A program made the position numbers and the translations under genes. A DNA stretch of 62,393 nt, filler included, from Stramenopiles sp. TOSAG23-3 (Eukaryota): NCBI GenBank assembly GCA_900128585.1. It is 4 parts of 4 records of this genome, joined end to end, with 100 filler letters (N's around TTAATTAATTAA, not from the genome) between each part and the next. Parts side by side here need not be neighbours in the genome. Positions count along the whole stretch, not along the records: positions 29,135 to 57,960 come from LT642242.1; positions 58,061 to 60,178 come from LT645056.1; positions 60,279 to 62,393 come from LT645057.1; 1 more part is not named here. One strand, 5' to 3'. Below are positions 53,101 through 62,393 of the stretch, piece after piece. Every line of letters starts with the position of its first letter. Within the stretch, counting starts at the first letter, position 1. The notes below the pieces were generated by a model. That model saw nothing but the letters and a program-made list of their open reading frames with translations, made no database searches and was not told the DNA's origin.

Positions 53101-54508
53101 TACATCCTTAACACCCAAACTATTTATTAAGTCCTTCGTATCCGAAGATTTATTTGAGAAACTTCGTAAAAAGAAACGTGCTGGAATTTCGACTGTGGAT
53201 GATATAAATAAGACCAGAAAGGGGTCAGCCCCTTCCAGGAGAAGAAGCCGACGAAGCAGCTCAAGTGTAAACACAGATTCCACAATGACGAACAAGCTAA
53301 AGGCTGTCCGCACGTCACTGCTGAAAGTTGAGCAGGAGGCGAACGGCCGGGGGTCTTACAGTGGCGAAGGCAGTATAACCTCTCCCGATTCCCCTGGTTC
53401 CCCTAGCGCTCCTCTGGGGACTGTTGCAGAAGATGTAAGCGTCAGCGTTGAGGATAACGAGAGTGGTATAAAACAATTCATGAATTCTAATCAATACCGT
53501 GCACACGCGCCCGAAAAACGTGGGGAAACGGACAAAGAGAGCGGGGGGTTTTACCACGGAACGCTGACAGGTAGTGGAGTCTTCGAAAAGTTAGGCGTCA
53601 CTTACATGAGTCTTTTCAGACTTCGTTCGGGACTTGAAGCTGTTTTACGTTTGGAGGGTCACTCTGGATTCAACCGAGCAAGGCTTCGTGTGAAACACCC
53701 TGAACTATACTGGAACTTGATATGGTATTCCCGTCGCTTGGAACTGGACATCCCGTTGCCTTCTTCGCAAGGAGACAAAGTTGATATGTATTCGGAAGTT
53801 GTTAAATGTGGCTGGAGTGTGGCCAACACAAAGGCCGGCATCGCATTGTCCTTGCAATCCCCGCTGTTTTCGCTTCATAAAGCTTTGAAGGCTCAGTTTT
53901 CGCCACACCGGCATACCCGTAAAGTACGAAACCGAGCTGCTTCGAGTACGCCGACTGCTGGACGGCGGTTGTTCCCGGGGGTGGTCGCAGAACAAGATGT
54001 GTTAAATAAAAGGAAAGCCACCATGGATGACGATGGAGTTGATAGCCATAAGCGATACTCAAAAGATGATTTTGTGAGCTCCGACGACGAAGATAACGAT
54101 CGTGTGCACAACCATAGCAATTTGCTGCGATTTAATCCAAATATTAAAACCCAAGAGGAAGCCTGGCGAAAAAAAGTAAAGAGTCTGATGGAAGGGGGGT
54201 TTTACGAAGAAGCCATAGAATCCTTTCTGCAGCTTCGCAATTCCGGCAAATTGCTATGGCCATCCGCTAAAGACGGCAGCATCTATGAGGTTATGCGCGA
54301 AATATATTATGGAGTAGGGAACGGGGACGCATCCAGCACTTGTGGGAAACCACCGAACACCTTTAAAGAAGGGAAATTTGAGTTGGAATTTGGAAAAGCC
54401 CTGGGCTGGCTGTCTCCTCAATCGCGCGACGAACTAACTGTCAAGGACACATGTGGGGCAGGACTCAAAGAACAGATATTGCGCTGGTCTTTCGGTGCTC
54501 TCGTCTGA
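50165..54508 (+). CDS. DENND4: DENND4/CRAG-like Rab GEF (MABP + uDENN/DENN/dDENN + C-terminal Cys motif)
   Basis: YFVVIG, PITDI MABP repeats, ILDRYP..DY, FCLPEG, FVLT...G.RIYG, LLEKKVL, YIP..LDAPVPFVIG, TQCFGAFI.ER, FFDEC, CPKC..CPCC and HPELYWNLIWY. Confidence 0.85.
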   Translation: MDAETAAALLPSERIGNYFVVIGAKGIEHPEPLEPHQLGKFITDIIVLNPKYDELSEDYDLVTVGKGGSRLDLKASRMFKGSLLVAVEYNGQRDPITDIIVCVGDTPAGYEALIRTPADQEAYIGTKNKAKIYLAVRRAPDSPTVITSLSTVTVSKKDPNPTLPGEAFVQCDIPLTHGAYSMNHTYLVYERKRVVDDRIQYKAHILDRYPVTDYSDSPFLLNAASFCLPEGLQVELFDVRKVPMPKWYPFVLTEQSGRRIYGASLVFWEPILNNDAKGKTDSVWRERSGEAETMLLHKTKCIAVMSHHAYFSPFKKILQFLYRLSLGQSVVPIERYISHFLGTVPSPPVCGLHEIDWRLGAGNKISFARPAATQLPLVDLSFLPLFHMLDPNNVAKLLCLFLLEKKVLLCSTHMPLLCYIAEAVRSLMFPIDYHGVYIPMCSHELAAVLDAPVPFVIGMNSEYVSRLVVPRGVWCVDLDTNSMHCSEVEGSSSNSNKTMIENLFLEMRPVKRFVLGMTRQLKLAGVKADGNWSVIDAFQTSQEGMLASTSNLSVDNIRNEALKMMTEFLRTYRTFLNTKNGKVTCMDDMFDKESFLVEAKIEYQPFLEGLVLTQCFGAFIQERTFPSSHESGFVFFDECLDLDDEERGKRASESQTSSRKHLYKRGRDDHISASVTKTYEELIRERLDAGVRSIQKHLKRRKSLGFSREVKVTVFEGPSKDNLPENKVFKYIEWPAFKPDLFLPKMSVIRVHKEVTGGEVVAARTESELIECLTQDKLVWQSNYSALLNHEANSKEKQVASSRAEILLKHFFGVYGMCLSSSLALDSAADSVETTRFEKSLQNIWKRITKCITVLDEATYRSLLIACGYFGKDGRSLGRKIFNVAEEILGRVSAITYSQYSKVRANDDEIEEDSDEDKEPRGDEPYNNRSAQATDSHAWVLMWCKQNCPKCKYRLLDEGILNRFEDSGLAHTISCPCCNTSLTPKLFIKSFVSEDLFEKLRKKKRAGISTVDDINKTRKGSAPSRRRSRRSSSSVNTDSTMTNKLKAVRTSLLKVEQEANGRGSYSGEGSITSPDSPGSPSAPLGTVAEDVSVSVEDNESGIKQFMNSNQYRAHAPEKRGETDKESGGFYHGTLTGSGVFEKLGVTYMSLFRLRSGLEAVLRLEGHSGFNRARLRVKHPELYWNLIWYSRRLELDIPLPSSQGDKVDMYSEVVKCGWSVANTKAGIALSLQSPLFSLHKALKAQFSPHRHTRKVRNRAASSTPTAGRRLFPGVVAEQDVLNKRKATMDDDGVDSHKRYSKDDFVSSDDEDNDRVHNHSNLLRFNPNIKTQEEAWRKKVKSLMEGGFYEEAIESFLQLRNSGKLLWPSAKDGSIYEVMREIYYGVGNGDASSTCGKPPNTFKEGKFELEFGKALGWLSPQSRDELTVKDTCGAGLKEQILRWSFGALV

Positions 54509-55058
54509 CCACCTGAAGAAGATTCTTAATACTTGTTTATCAAATAGATTACACTATCTAATAGGTAAATAAATAGGTCAATTACAAATTCCTTCCTCCT
54601 GTAATGATGTGACGTGTAATTAATTCTTATAGACTATCGGGAAAGAAGGAAGGAAGAACGTTGTGAGGATGATGATATTCGTATGTAAACGGCCTCTGTA
54701 ATTATTACTATTAATAATAATATTATTATTTTTTTAGAAACAATAGAGACGACAGGTGTCTGGTTTGTCTCCCTATTCCCCATCATCATAATAAAAAAGT
54801 AAATGAACAACTACTCAACAATAAATAATAGCTAACAAAACTTTAAAATTAGCATTAGAAGAATAGAAGTTGAATGCCCCCTATCCTTCCGACGCAATCT
54901 AAGAGTATTAATATCAAAGAGAGAGAGCGCACTTACCACTTTCGCTACGCAACACAATTCCCAAAGAAGACCAACAGTGCGTTCATTTTGACAGAATAAC
55001 CCAGACTGAGTTTGCCGCGAGTCAGGCGACCAGCTTTGTGTAGTATATAGCGACTTCT

Positions 55059-57960
55059 ATGTTCAAAGACTTGGCAACGCGGGCCAAGTTGGCAGCCTCG
55101 GCTGCCCAGACTTTCGCTGCCAACGCGACGAATGAGATTCAGGCGGCGACAACGCCGACCAGGGATGATGGCAAAAAGCAAAGTAATGGGGTCGGGACGC
55201 CCGGAAAGCCGTCATCTGGAATTAAGACTGCTAGCCGCGAAGAACTAATGAATTTACTTCGTCGGTCGCGTGCGCAAAACAAGCAAGTGAAGGCAAAGTA
55301 CGTAGAACTTTCAAAAAAACAGAAACATTTTGAGGCGCAAACAGTCACGTTGCAGCGTTTCCTTAACAATTCTGTCGGGATAACATTAGGCGAAAGTATA
55401 ACAGAACAGTTGATCGACGGGGATTTATTAAGGAAACAATGGGAAACAAGGAAGGGGTCGCAACCCCCAAAGGTCCAGGAAGAAGACTTATTGGGCTTGA
55501 CTGCTCTCGGCGACGGTGGCAAAGACAAGCAAGTTGTTGCGAAGCTTCAGAACGATCTAGCGCGTGAGAAAGGCGAAAGAACAAAAGTTTTGTCAAAATT
55601 GAGAGAAGTGGTTGATAAATATAAGCAGTTGCAAAAACATGCGCGGACGTTAAAGGAAAATTTGGAGAAAACAGAAGCCGACGCTGACAACACGCTCAAC
55701 AAAGCTGGTGAGGCAGGCCTCCATTTAATTGAAGAGAACAAAGCACTATCGGAGGAAGTAGAGAAGATGAAGAAAATAGCGGAAGAAAACAACGCTCACA
55801 AGATTAGTTTCAAAAAGAAAATCCAAAACATCGAGAAACTGTTGCGGGAAAGTGAAGAATCAAAAGCTGAATTAGAACGAAAGTGTCACGATATGACCGG
55901 CGATGCCGCGGCGAATGCGACCGACAAGGCAAGGCTGGAGCAAACGGTTCAGAAATTGGAAAGTGCTCTGGCGAGTGCAGAACATGAAAGCGTGGAGTTA
56001 TCGAATACTGTGGAATTGAGTTCCCCAAAAACGACTGTAGAAGCCATGGAAAACCGGTACAAGTTGCAAATTAAGGGGTTGCAAGAATCGTTGGAAGCGG
56101 CTAGTGTGGATGCAGAACTGTTGCACAAACTGCAGCAAGACGCCGAAGCATTACGCGGCGAAAATACCATGTTAATAGCAAAAACTGCAGAGGTAGAAAG
56201 CGCGTTGAAAGATTCGAAAGCCTTAATTCGCCACAACGCCAACCGTGAGCGTGCGTTATCTTCCGAAGATTCGCTCCCTGTTCCTGATATGACAGCGGTG
56301 GAACACGAAAAGTTAAAGCAAAGGGTCGCGTTTTTGACCAAAAAAGGGAAGGAATTGTTGGGGCGGCATCGAAAACTGGAGGAAAAATACAAGGTGGAGA
56401 CTGAGAAAATCTCTGGGCTGGAACAGCAGTTAAAAAGTGCTGAAGAGAAGAATACTTTACTGGGAAAAGACCTGAAAGAGTATGAATTACGGGTGGAATC
56501 CATAACTTCTGCGGCGGCAGAGTCTATGGTAGATTCTGGGGACAAAGACGTTTTGTTGCAGGAGGCTGAAAGGAAAATTGAGGATGCTCAAACCCAGCAC
56601 GAATCAGAGAAAAAACTCTTGAATGAAAAAATAACCCAGTTACAAGAGGGACTTCTTGCGGCCACCGGAGCAAAGACAACACTTGAAGCAGACATAAAAG
56701 TATTGCAAAGTGCAAACAATGAAAATGATAAAGAAGAAGAATCAAAAAAAGAGGCACTAAATGATGAGTTGAATTTTTTCAGGGAAGAGCTAGAAAAGCT
56801 TCGAGAATCAAACTCGCGGCATGAAAGACGCGAGGCTGAGCTCGGCAAAAAACACGAAGCAGCAATAGAAACATTAAAGCTGGACTTTGCGATGGAACTT
56901 GAAAGCAAAACAAACGCTACAACGATGGAAAAGACCAGAATGGTCCAAACACACGCTGCAACAGTGCTGGAAATGCGGAAAGAAGTAGATGATTTATTAG
57001 AGTCCCATTCACAAAAAATAAAAGAATTACAAGATGCCCATGAAGACGCTGTAAAGAAGTACATTGAAGATGCGAATAAAACGAACGAGCAGAAAATAGC
57101 CGAATTGAAAAATTTGCACGAAGAGACTATCAAACAGATGAACAATAGTATTATGCAACAGTCGAAGCAAAACGATGGTTTGCAAGAACAGCAGCAGCGT
57201 GCGCTTGAATCCCACAACAATGTTGTCAGTGAGCTGGAAAAAGCGAAGGTAGAACACAGTAAAATTATGTCTGCATTAAACGAACAATTGCAGAAAATAC
57301 GCAAGCAGCATAAGGGTGAGATTGAAGTGCTTAAACAAGATGCGTCGACGACCATTGGAAATATGAACATTAGTCATAAAGAGGAGATGGAATCGCTCAA
57401 TGTAGAACACATAGCGATGGTTGATACGATCAATGCAAGACAAAATGACGCACTGGAAAAAGTAAAATCGACTTATGAAGCAACGATGGATAAACTCAAA
57501 ACAGAATACACAAGGGCAATAAAAGCAGTGGAATCTCTTCATGATGAACACAAAATTCAAGTCAATTCATTAAACAAGAGCCATGAAAAAGAATGCAACG
57601 ACTTAAAAAGAGAAGTCCGGGATCTCCAAGACGAAAACAAGCATATAAAAACAGCACTTGCTTCAAAGGAGGGCGCTGAAGTAAAAGCATTGAAAAAGCA
57701 AGTTGAAGACGTAACGGCTAAGCGCAGCTTACAAGCGCAACACCATACAACCGAATTAGAAAAATTGAAAATTGCTAATAACAAATTAATGGACAGTTTG
57801 AAATCGACGCACACGGAGGAATTGGGAAAGGTGTCAAAGGAAATGCAAGCCTTGCAAGAGTCGCACGATAACCTAAGCAATGAGTACAAAGCCATGCTGT
57901 CCTCAAAGGATGAAGCAGGATCAGAAGTAGAATTGCTCAAAAAGAAAATCGAAGCAGAAA
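55059..57960 (+). CDS. Long coiled-coil protein, golgin-like (3'-truncated by gap)
   Basis: More than 960 aa of heptad-rich E/K/L sequence running into the N gap; any C-terminal targeting domain is not visible. Confidence 0.8.
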
Positions 57961-58060
57961 NNNNNNNNNNNNNNNNNNNNNNNNNNNNNNNNNNNNNNNN
58001 NNNNTTAATTAATTAANNNNNNNNNNNNNNNNNNNNNNNNNNNNNNNNNNNNNNNNNNNN
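57961..58060. other. Assembly gap with TTAATTAATTAA linker
   Basis: N44-linker-N44. Confidence 0.97.
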
Positions 58061-58413
58061 AATTAGTGTCTAATATTTTTTATAATGGATTACAATGGGA
58101 AATGATGATGGGGGGAAGGATATTGACCATTAACAACAATACAAAAAAATAGATAACAGTGCCACAACAACACAACAATAATACAACAACACTTTTTTGT
58201 TTCTTGTTGTCACTTTTCTTCTTCGATGCTTGTTGTCGAGTTTTCCAATTTCTAGCTCCGGTTACCAGTTTCAAGAGATCGTCTTCTCCAATTCAAACAA
58301 TAATATATTTCCTGCTATTGGGAAAGAGAGACTGCACAAGGACAATACTGGTAGCAATAAGAAATCATACACACAACACATATCTAAGACATTGCCTACT
58401 CTTGAATTGAAAG

Positions 58414-60178
58414 ATGAAGCTAAAGCTACCAACTCAATTGTTACTAGTGGCGTTTGTCCTTGTGCTCCTTTCGGACTGTGTGGCGGCTACTACTTGCCCT
58501 GCGGGGAAATATCAGAAAGCATATCCCTATACATCAGGGTCTTACTGCCAGAAATGTTTTAAAGGAGAATGGAGTGACAAAGTGGGCGCAACGTCCGCTT
58601 CGACTTGCAACAAGTGCCCGGAGGGGACATACGGCGACAAACTTGGCGCAACGTCCGCTTCGACTTGCAAAAAGTGCCCCGCTGGTACCTACACTAGGTC
58701 CAACCGAGTCCATTATTTTCGGTGCGACAAGTGTCCTAAAGGAACATGGAGCGACAAATTAGGCGCTGTCGGTGTCGGTGCTTGCAACAAATGCCCGGCG
58801 GGGACAGTGAACCCCGAAAGCGGCTCAATGTCCTCTTCGGCTTGCAGTAAATGCTCCGCTGGAAAGTACGCCACAGGCTCACAGCAGTGCCATGGTTGTG
58901 GACCAGGAAAATGGTGTCAAAATGGTGTCGCAAAAAAGTGTCGCGCTGGAACATATAGTAGATTATATTATCGAAAGTCCCCGTCGGTTTGCAAGGACTG
59001 CCCTGCTGGACATTGGAGCAGCGAAGGTGCAAAGGGCTGCACCGGCTGCGCCGCAGGAACATGGGGCAGCGAAAAAGGCATGTCGGCCTGCACAAAATGC
59101 CCTGCTGGAACATCCTCTGAGATTGGCGCAAACTCTGCGGAAGTAACGAAGGATTATTGGGGTAAGGAAAAAAATCCGAATTGCAAAACATGCCCTAGGG
59201 GATCATGGAGCAGTGAGGGTGCAACGTGCAAGAAATGCCCTGTTGGAACATGTTCGCCGCCGCGAGTATGGTTTAACATTCGTCCGTGCACCAAGTGCCC
59301 TGTTGGAAAATTTGTCAACACATCAGGTGCATTTAACTGCAAGGACTGCCCTGCTGGAACATGGCAGCCCAAAACCGGTGCAGCAACTTGCAATACATGC
59401 CCTGCTGGAACATGGCAGTCCAAAACCGGTGCAGCAACTTGCAATACATGCCCTGCTGGAACATGGCAGTCCAAGAGAGGCGCAACTTCCGAATCGGATT
59501 GCCAAAAATGCCCTGCTGGAAAATGGCAGTCCGAAAGCGGTGCAGCAGCGTGCATCAAATGCCCTGCTGGAAGATGGAGCATGAGCCCAGGCTTGAAGTC
59601 CGATTTGTCTTGCAGCAAATGCAGTGCTGGAACATATTCCGATGCTGGTGCAAATTCCCAGTCCCTTTGCAACAAATGCCCTGCTGGCACATTTTCCAAT
59701 GCCGGTACACGTTGTTTCAAATGCCGTGCTGGAACATGGGGCAGCGGTGCACCATCATGCCAAATCTGTGTAGCGGGGACATGGAGCGACAAACTAGGCG
59801 CAACTTCCTCTTCAGATTGCACAAAATGCCCGGCAGGGACCTTCAGTTCCAGACCCGGCGCCACAAACGAAACTACCTGCGACGCTTGCCCATCCGGAAG
59901 GTACAGTACCAGAACCGGTGCGCTCACAGCTAGGACCTGTAGACTGTGCCCCCCAAAACGACCCAACTCCCCCCCTGCCAGCACTTCCATCAAGGACTGC
60001 GGCAAGTCAACCATCGAGCTCATGCGAGACATGGCCAAGACCGTCGACCGGCTGGCAAAGCTCAAAGGCATCACGGACAGCGTCGTGGAGACCACCGTGA
60101 AGAACCCCACGATCAAAGCGAAAATGAAGCGGGATTCCGTCGAAATGGACGTCCAGAAGCAGTACGACAGGATGGAAA
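58414..60178 (+). CDS. Secreted/surface cysteine-rich protein with CxxCPAGTW (GCC2/GCC3, ephrin-receptor-like) repeats; 3'-truncated
   Basis: Signal peptide MKLKLPTQLLLVAFVLVLLSDCVAA; more than 20 CxxC(P)xG(T/K)(W/Y/F) units; runs into the gap. Confidence 0.9.
59347..59474 (+). repeat. 51-bp coding tandem repeat, about 2.5 copies
   Basis: tgccctgctggaacatggcag(c/t)ccaaaaccggtgcagcaacttgcaataca at 59347, 59398 and partially at 59449. Confidence 0.93.
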
Positions 60179-60278
60179 NNNNNNNNNNNNNNNNNNNNNN
60201 NNNNNNNNNNNNNNNNNNNNNNTTAATTAATTAANNNNNNNNNNNNNNNNNNNNNNNNNNNNNNNNNNNNNNNNNNNN
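60179..60278. other. Assembly gap with TTAATTAATTAA linker
   Basis: N44-linker-N44. Confidence 0.97.
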
Positions 60279-60280
60279 GA

Positions 60281-60538
60281 GAGACATACGAATATGTCCT
60301 GGAAATCGCTGACCGGCCTAGCCGTTTAGGATTCCCAGAAGGTACACTTACATCTGTTTGTGTATACGAACACGAAACGATCAAACTCAATACCGATCAT
60401 TATTTCATTGAGCAGTACAACAGACAACGAGCCCCTTTAAAACATTTATGCCGCGCTGTGTACTTTTTAAGACCAATCAATTTGAATCTTGACCAGAACT
60501 TGGGGAGGATTTGCAATAGGAGGAGATATTGTTCTTGA
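60281..60538 (+). CDS. Possible 3' end of a gene truncated by the gap
   Basis: 85 sense codons open from the contig edge: ETYEYVLEIADRPSRLGF...QYNRQRAPLKHLCRAVYF...RRYCS*. No start visible. Confidence 0.35.
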   Translation, partial: ETYEYVLEIADRPSRLGFPEGTLTSVCVYEHETIKLNTDHYFIEQYNRQRAPLKHLCRAVYFLRPINLNLDQNLGRICNRRRYCS

Positions 60539-60592
60539 ACTGACACCTTATTTATATATATATATATATATATTTAATATTTACTATATAAA

Positions 60593-60956
60593 TATCAGCC
60601 AATTTTCTTGTTTTTACTAAAACCACAGATAACAACCCCTTGACCGATTTACAAGACAGACAACGAGCACCTCAAAAACAATTAACCCGCTGCTTGGATG
60701 ATCGTACAAGGATTGATTTATCTCTGAGTGAGATATCGGATGAGGACGTTAATGGACAAACGGTGATTGACAACCAACAATGAAACAAAACTACAGAACC
60801 AATTTAGGATTAGGGTATGAGAACGCTAAATTTAATTACTTAAATAACAGCCAATTTTCTTGTTTTTACTAAAATCACAACAGTACCTTCAGAGATAAGT
60901 TCGCAGTTAAATGAAGTTTAATTTACTCTTTAAAAATAACAGCCAATTTTTTGTTT
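60593..60956. repeat. Three direct copies of the CAGCCAATTT motif, one inside a ~100-bp repeat shared with 40981-41081
   Basis: Copies at 60593-60616, 60845-60868 and 60937-60956; 60772-60868 aligns by eye with 40981-41081. Confidence 0.88.
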
Positions 60957-61318
60957 AAAAACAAATATAAATTAAGAGTACTGGAAGTTCTACACTCTTT
61001 CTTCTCCCCTTTTAAAAGTGTACAAACCTGTTCGACCCGCCCGAAATGCTAAAGGGATCGCTACCTACGCTAGGTGGGTGAAATCCGGGGACCGGAAGCA
61101 CCTGGCATGGGGCATTCACATGGCAACCCCCGCCAGAAACCCTGTCAAGGGAAACGGAATTAAAAACCGAAAATACGAGCATTGCCAAAAAAGATCATGC
61201 AACATTCCTCCCCTCTTTCTGTACTCTGAAACAGAAATTACATTTTTGTCCTTTTCAACTTCAAAGGCCCTATTTTAGTTTCGCCAACATAAGTTACTCA
61301 GTCCGTGTTCTGTTTCTT

Positions 61319-62393
61319 CTACCGTTGAAACCATTCCCTGTTCCAATCCGGCAACTTACTATTCGTCTCCGCCTCTGGTTTACTGGTAAGGACCTCCACT
61401 CCTTTATCGGTGCATAAAAATGTTTGCTCGTACTGGGCTGACCACTTCCCATCAACAGTAACTGATGTCCAATTGTCGGGCCAGGTCTCATCTCGCCACG
61501 TCCCAATGTTTATCATGGGTTCGATCGTAAAAGTGTGCCCTGGTGCCATTACACCGATGGCTTTGTTTTTCTTGTAATGGGGCACGTTCGGTGCTGTGTG
61601 AAACAAGTCCCCTATGCCATGCCCGCAATATGTCTTCACAACTTGGAACCCAGCCTCCTGCGCTTTCTTGTGTATCGCATTCCCTAAGTTCCGATACATA
61701 GTTCCCGGCTTGATCATGTTTGAAGCCACTTGTAAACAGTCGTATGCATTCTTGACGAGTTTGACATGTTCGTCATCGACGTCTCCAACAAGAAAGGTCT
61801 CGTTTAAGTCGGCGTGCATGCCATGAATAAAGATAGTAACGTCTAAATTTACGATGTCTCCGTTCTTTAATGGGCGACAGTTCGGTATCCCATGGCAAAT
61901 TACTTCATTGGGAGATACGCAAACGCTCTTTGGGAACTCGTGATAATTTAAAGGCGAAGGATAACCGCCCCTCTCAACCGTTGCATTGTGGCAAATGCGG
62001 TCCAACTCTTCGCCTGTGATCCCCGCTTTCACGGCACGTCCAGTGACATCCAAAATTTCTCGACCAGCTTTGCATGCCAAACGCAACCGACGAATTTCAT
62101 CAGTGCCTCGCACAGGGGCTCGCCTGTTTTGCTTCTCGCGCAACTCACTTCGGGGTATCCCGTCAATTGCATAGTCTGGTTTTGCGACTGAATTGGGGAC
62201 GGAGCGCATAGGGGTAACTCGCGCCGGTCGATAGTTCCCACTGAATCTGTAATTTCTAAACGCCGTGGGCAACTCCAAATCCATACTGGAGGGTTTGTAC
62301 GGTTCACTGTTGCTTACGGCTTTGCCAGCGCCCGTCTTCCCCGCATTTTTCCACATTTTATGAAACACTTTATGTGTGACCCAATTCTCTTTG
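61319..62393 (-). CDS. METAP1: Methionine aminopeptidase 1 (5'-truncated by window edge)
   Basis: End of the N-terminal Zn finger KENWVTHKVFH at the window edge; PDYA, YPSPLNY, FPKSVCVSPNEVICHGIP, NLDVT, HADLNET, GHGIG, FTIEPM, SAQYEQT. Confidence 0.96.
   Translation of the reverse strand, partial: KENWVTHKVFHKMWKNAGKTGAGKAVSNSEPYKPSSMDLELPTAFRNYRFSGNYRPARVTPMRSVPNSVAKPDYAIDGIPRSELREKQNRRAPVRGTDEIRRLRLACKAGREILDVTGRAVKAGITGEELDRICHNATVERGGYPSPLNYHEFPKSVCVSPNEVICHGIPNCRPLKNGDIVNLDVTIFIHGMHADLNETFLVGDVDDEHVKLVKNAYDCLQVASNMIKPGTMYRNLGNAIHKKAQEAGFQVVKTYCGHGIGDLFHTAPNVPHYKKNKAIGVMAPGHTFTIEPMINIGTWRDETWPDNWTSVTVDGKWSAQYEQTFLCTDKGVEVLTSKPEAETNSKLPDWNREWFQR

Noticed and set aside
59347-59474. Regular direct repeats as a possible CRISPR array (also 17990-18124)
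   Set aside because: Contiguous in-frame coding repeats with no unique spacers, in a eukaryotic context with no cas genes.
29079-60234. TTAATTAATTAA repeated three times as a possible biological palindrome
   Set aside because: Always centred in N44 flanks and gives stops in all six frames; an assembly linker.
1-62393. Alternative genetic code or giant-virus/prokaryotic origin suggested by intronless ORFs
   Set aside because: Conserved proteins end normally at TAA, TAG and TGA; gene content is ciliary, endomembrane and mitochondrial, with no viral hallmark genes or operons.

Overview
Gene-dense, almost intron-free eukaryotic nuclear DNA using the standard genetic code. Long ORFs of moderate GC are separated by very AT-rich, low-complexity spacers. 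Ciliary/centrosomal genes (LRRC45, a CFAP97-like repeat protein, IQ proteins, a tubulin-tyrosine-ligase family member) and a mitochondrial ATP23 indicate a flagellated protist; a marine stramenopile such as a MAST lineage is only an inference. The window is a scaffold with four N gaps, three carrying an artificial TTAATTAATTAA stop linker, so adjacency across gaps is not guaranteed. About 24 protein-coding genes are supported, including a HECT E3 ligase, an NKCC-type SLC12 cotransporter, an EF-hand NCKX, DENND4, METAP1, two head-to-head OPR/HPR-like helical-repeat genes and several secreted proteins. No rRNA, tRNA, CRISPR array or transposase was seen. The most notable signals are: (1) a ~24-bp motif found ten times, only in spacers next to gene 3' ends, which once forms a perfect 24-bp inverted pair (MITE-like) around a ~100-bp dispersed repeat with a telomere-like core; (2) an LRR ORF whose stop overlaps a TTL ORF lacking an early AUG; (3) a helical RNA-binding repeat protein fused to a METTL21-type methyltransferase; (4) a ninefold tandem CFAP97-like repeat protein. 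All family calls are from motif recognition by eye, not database searches.
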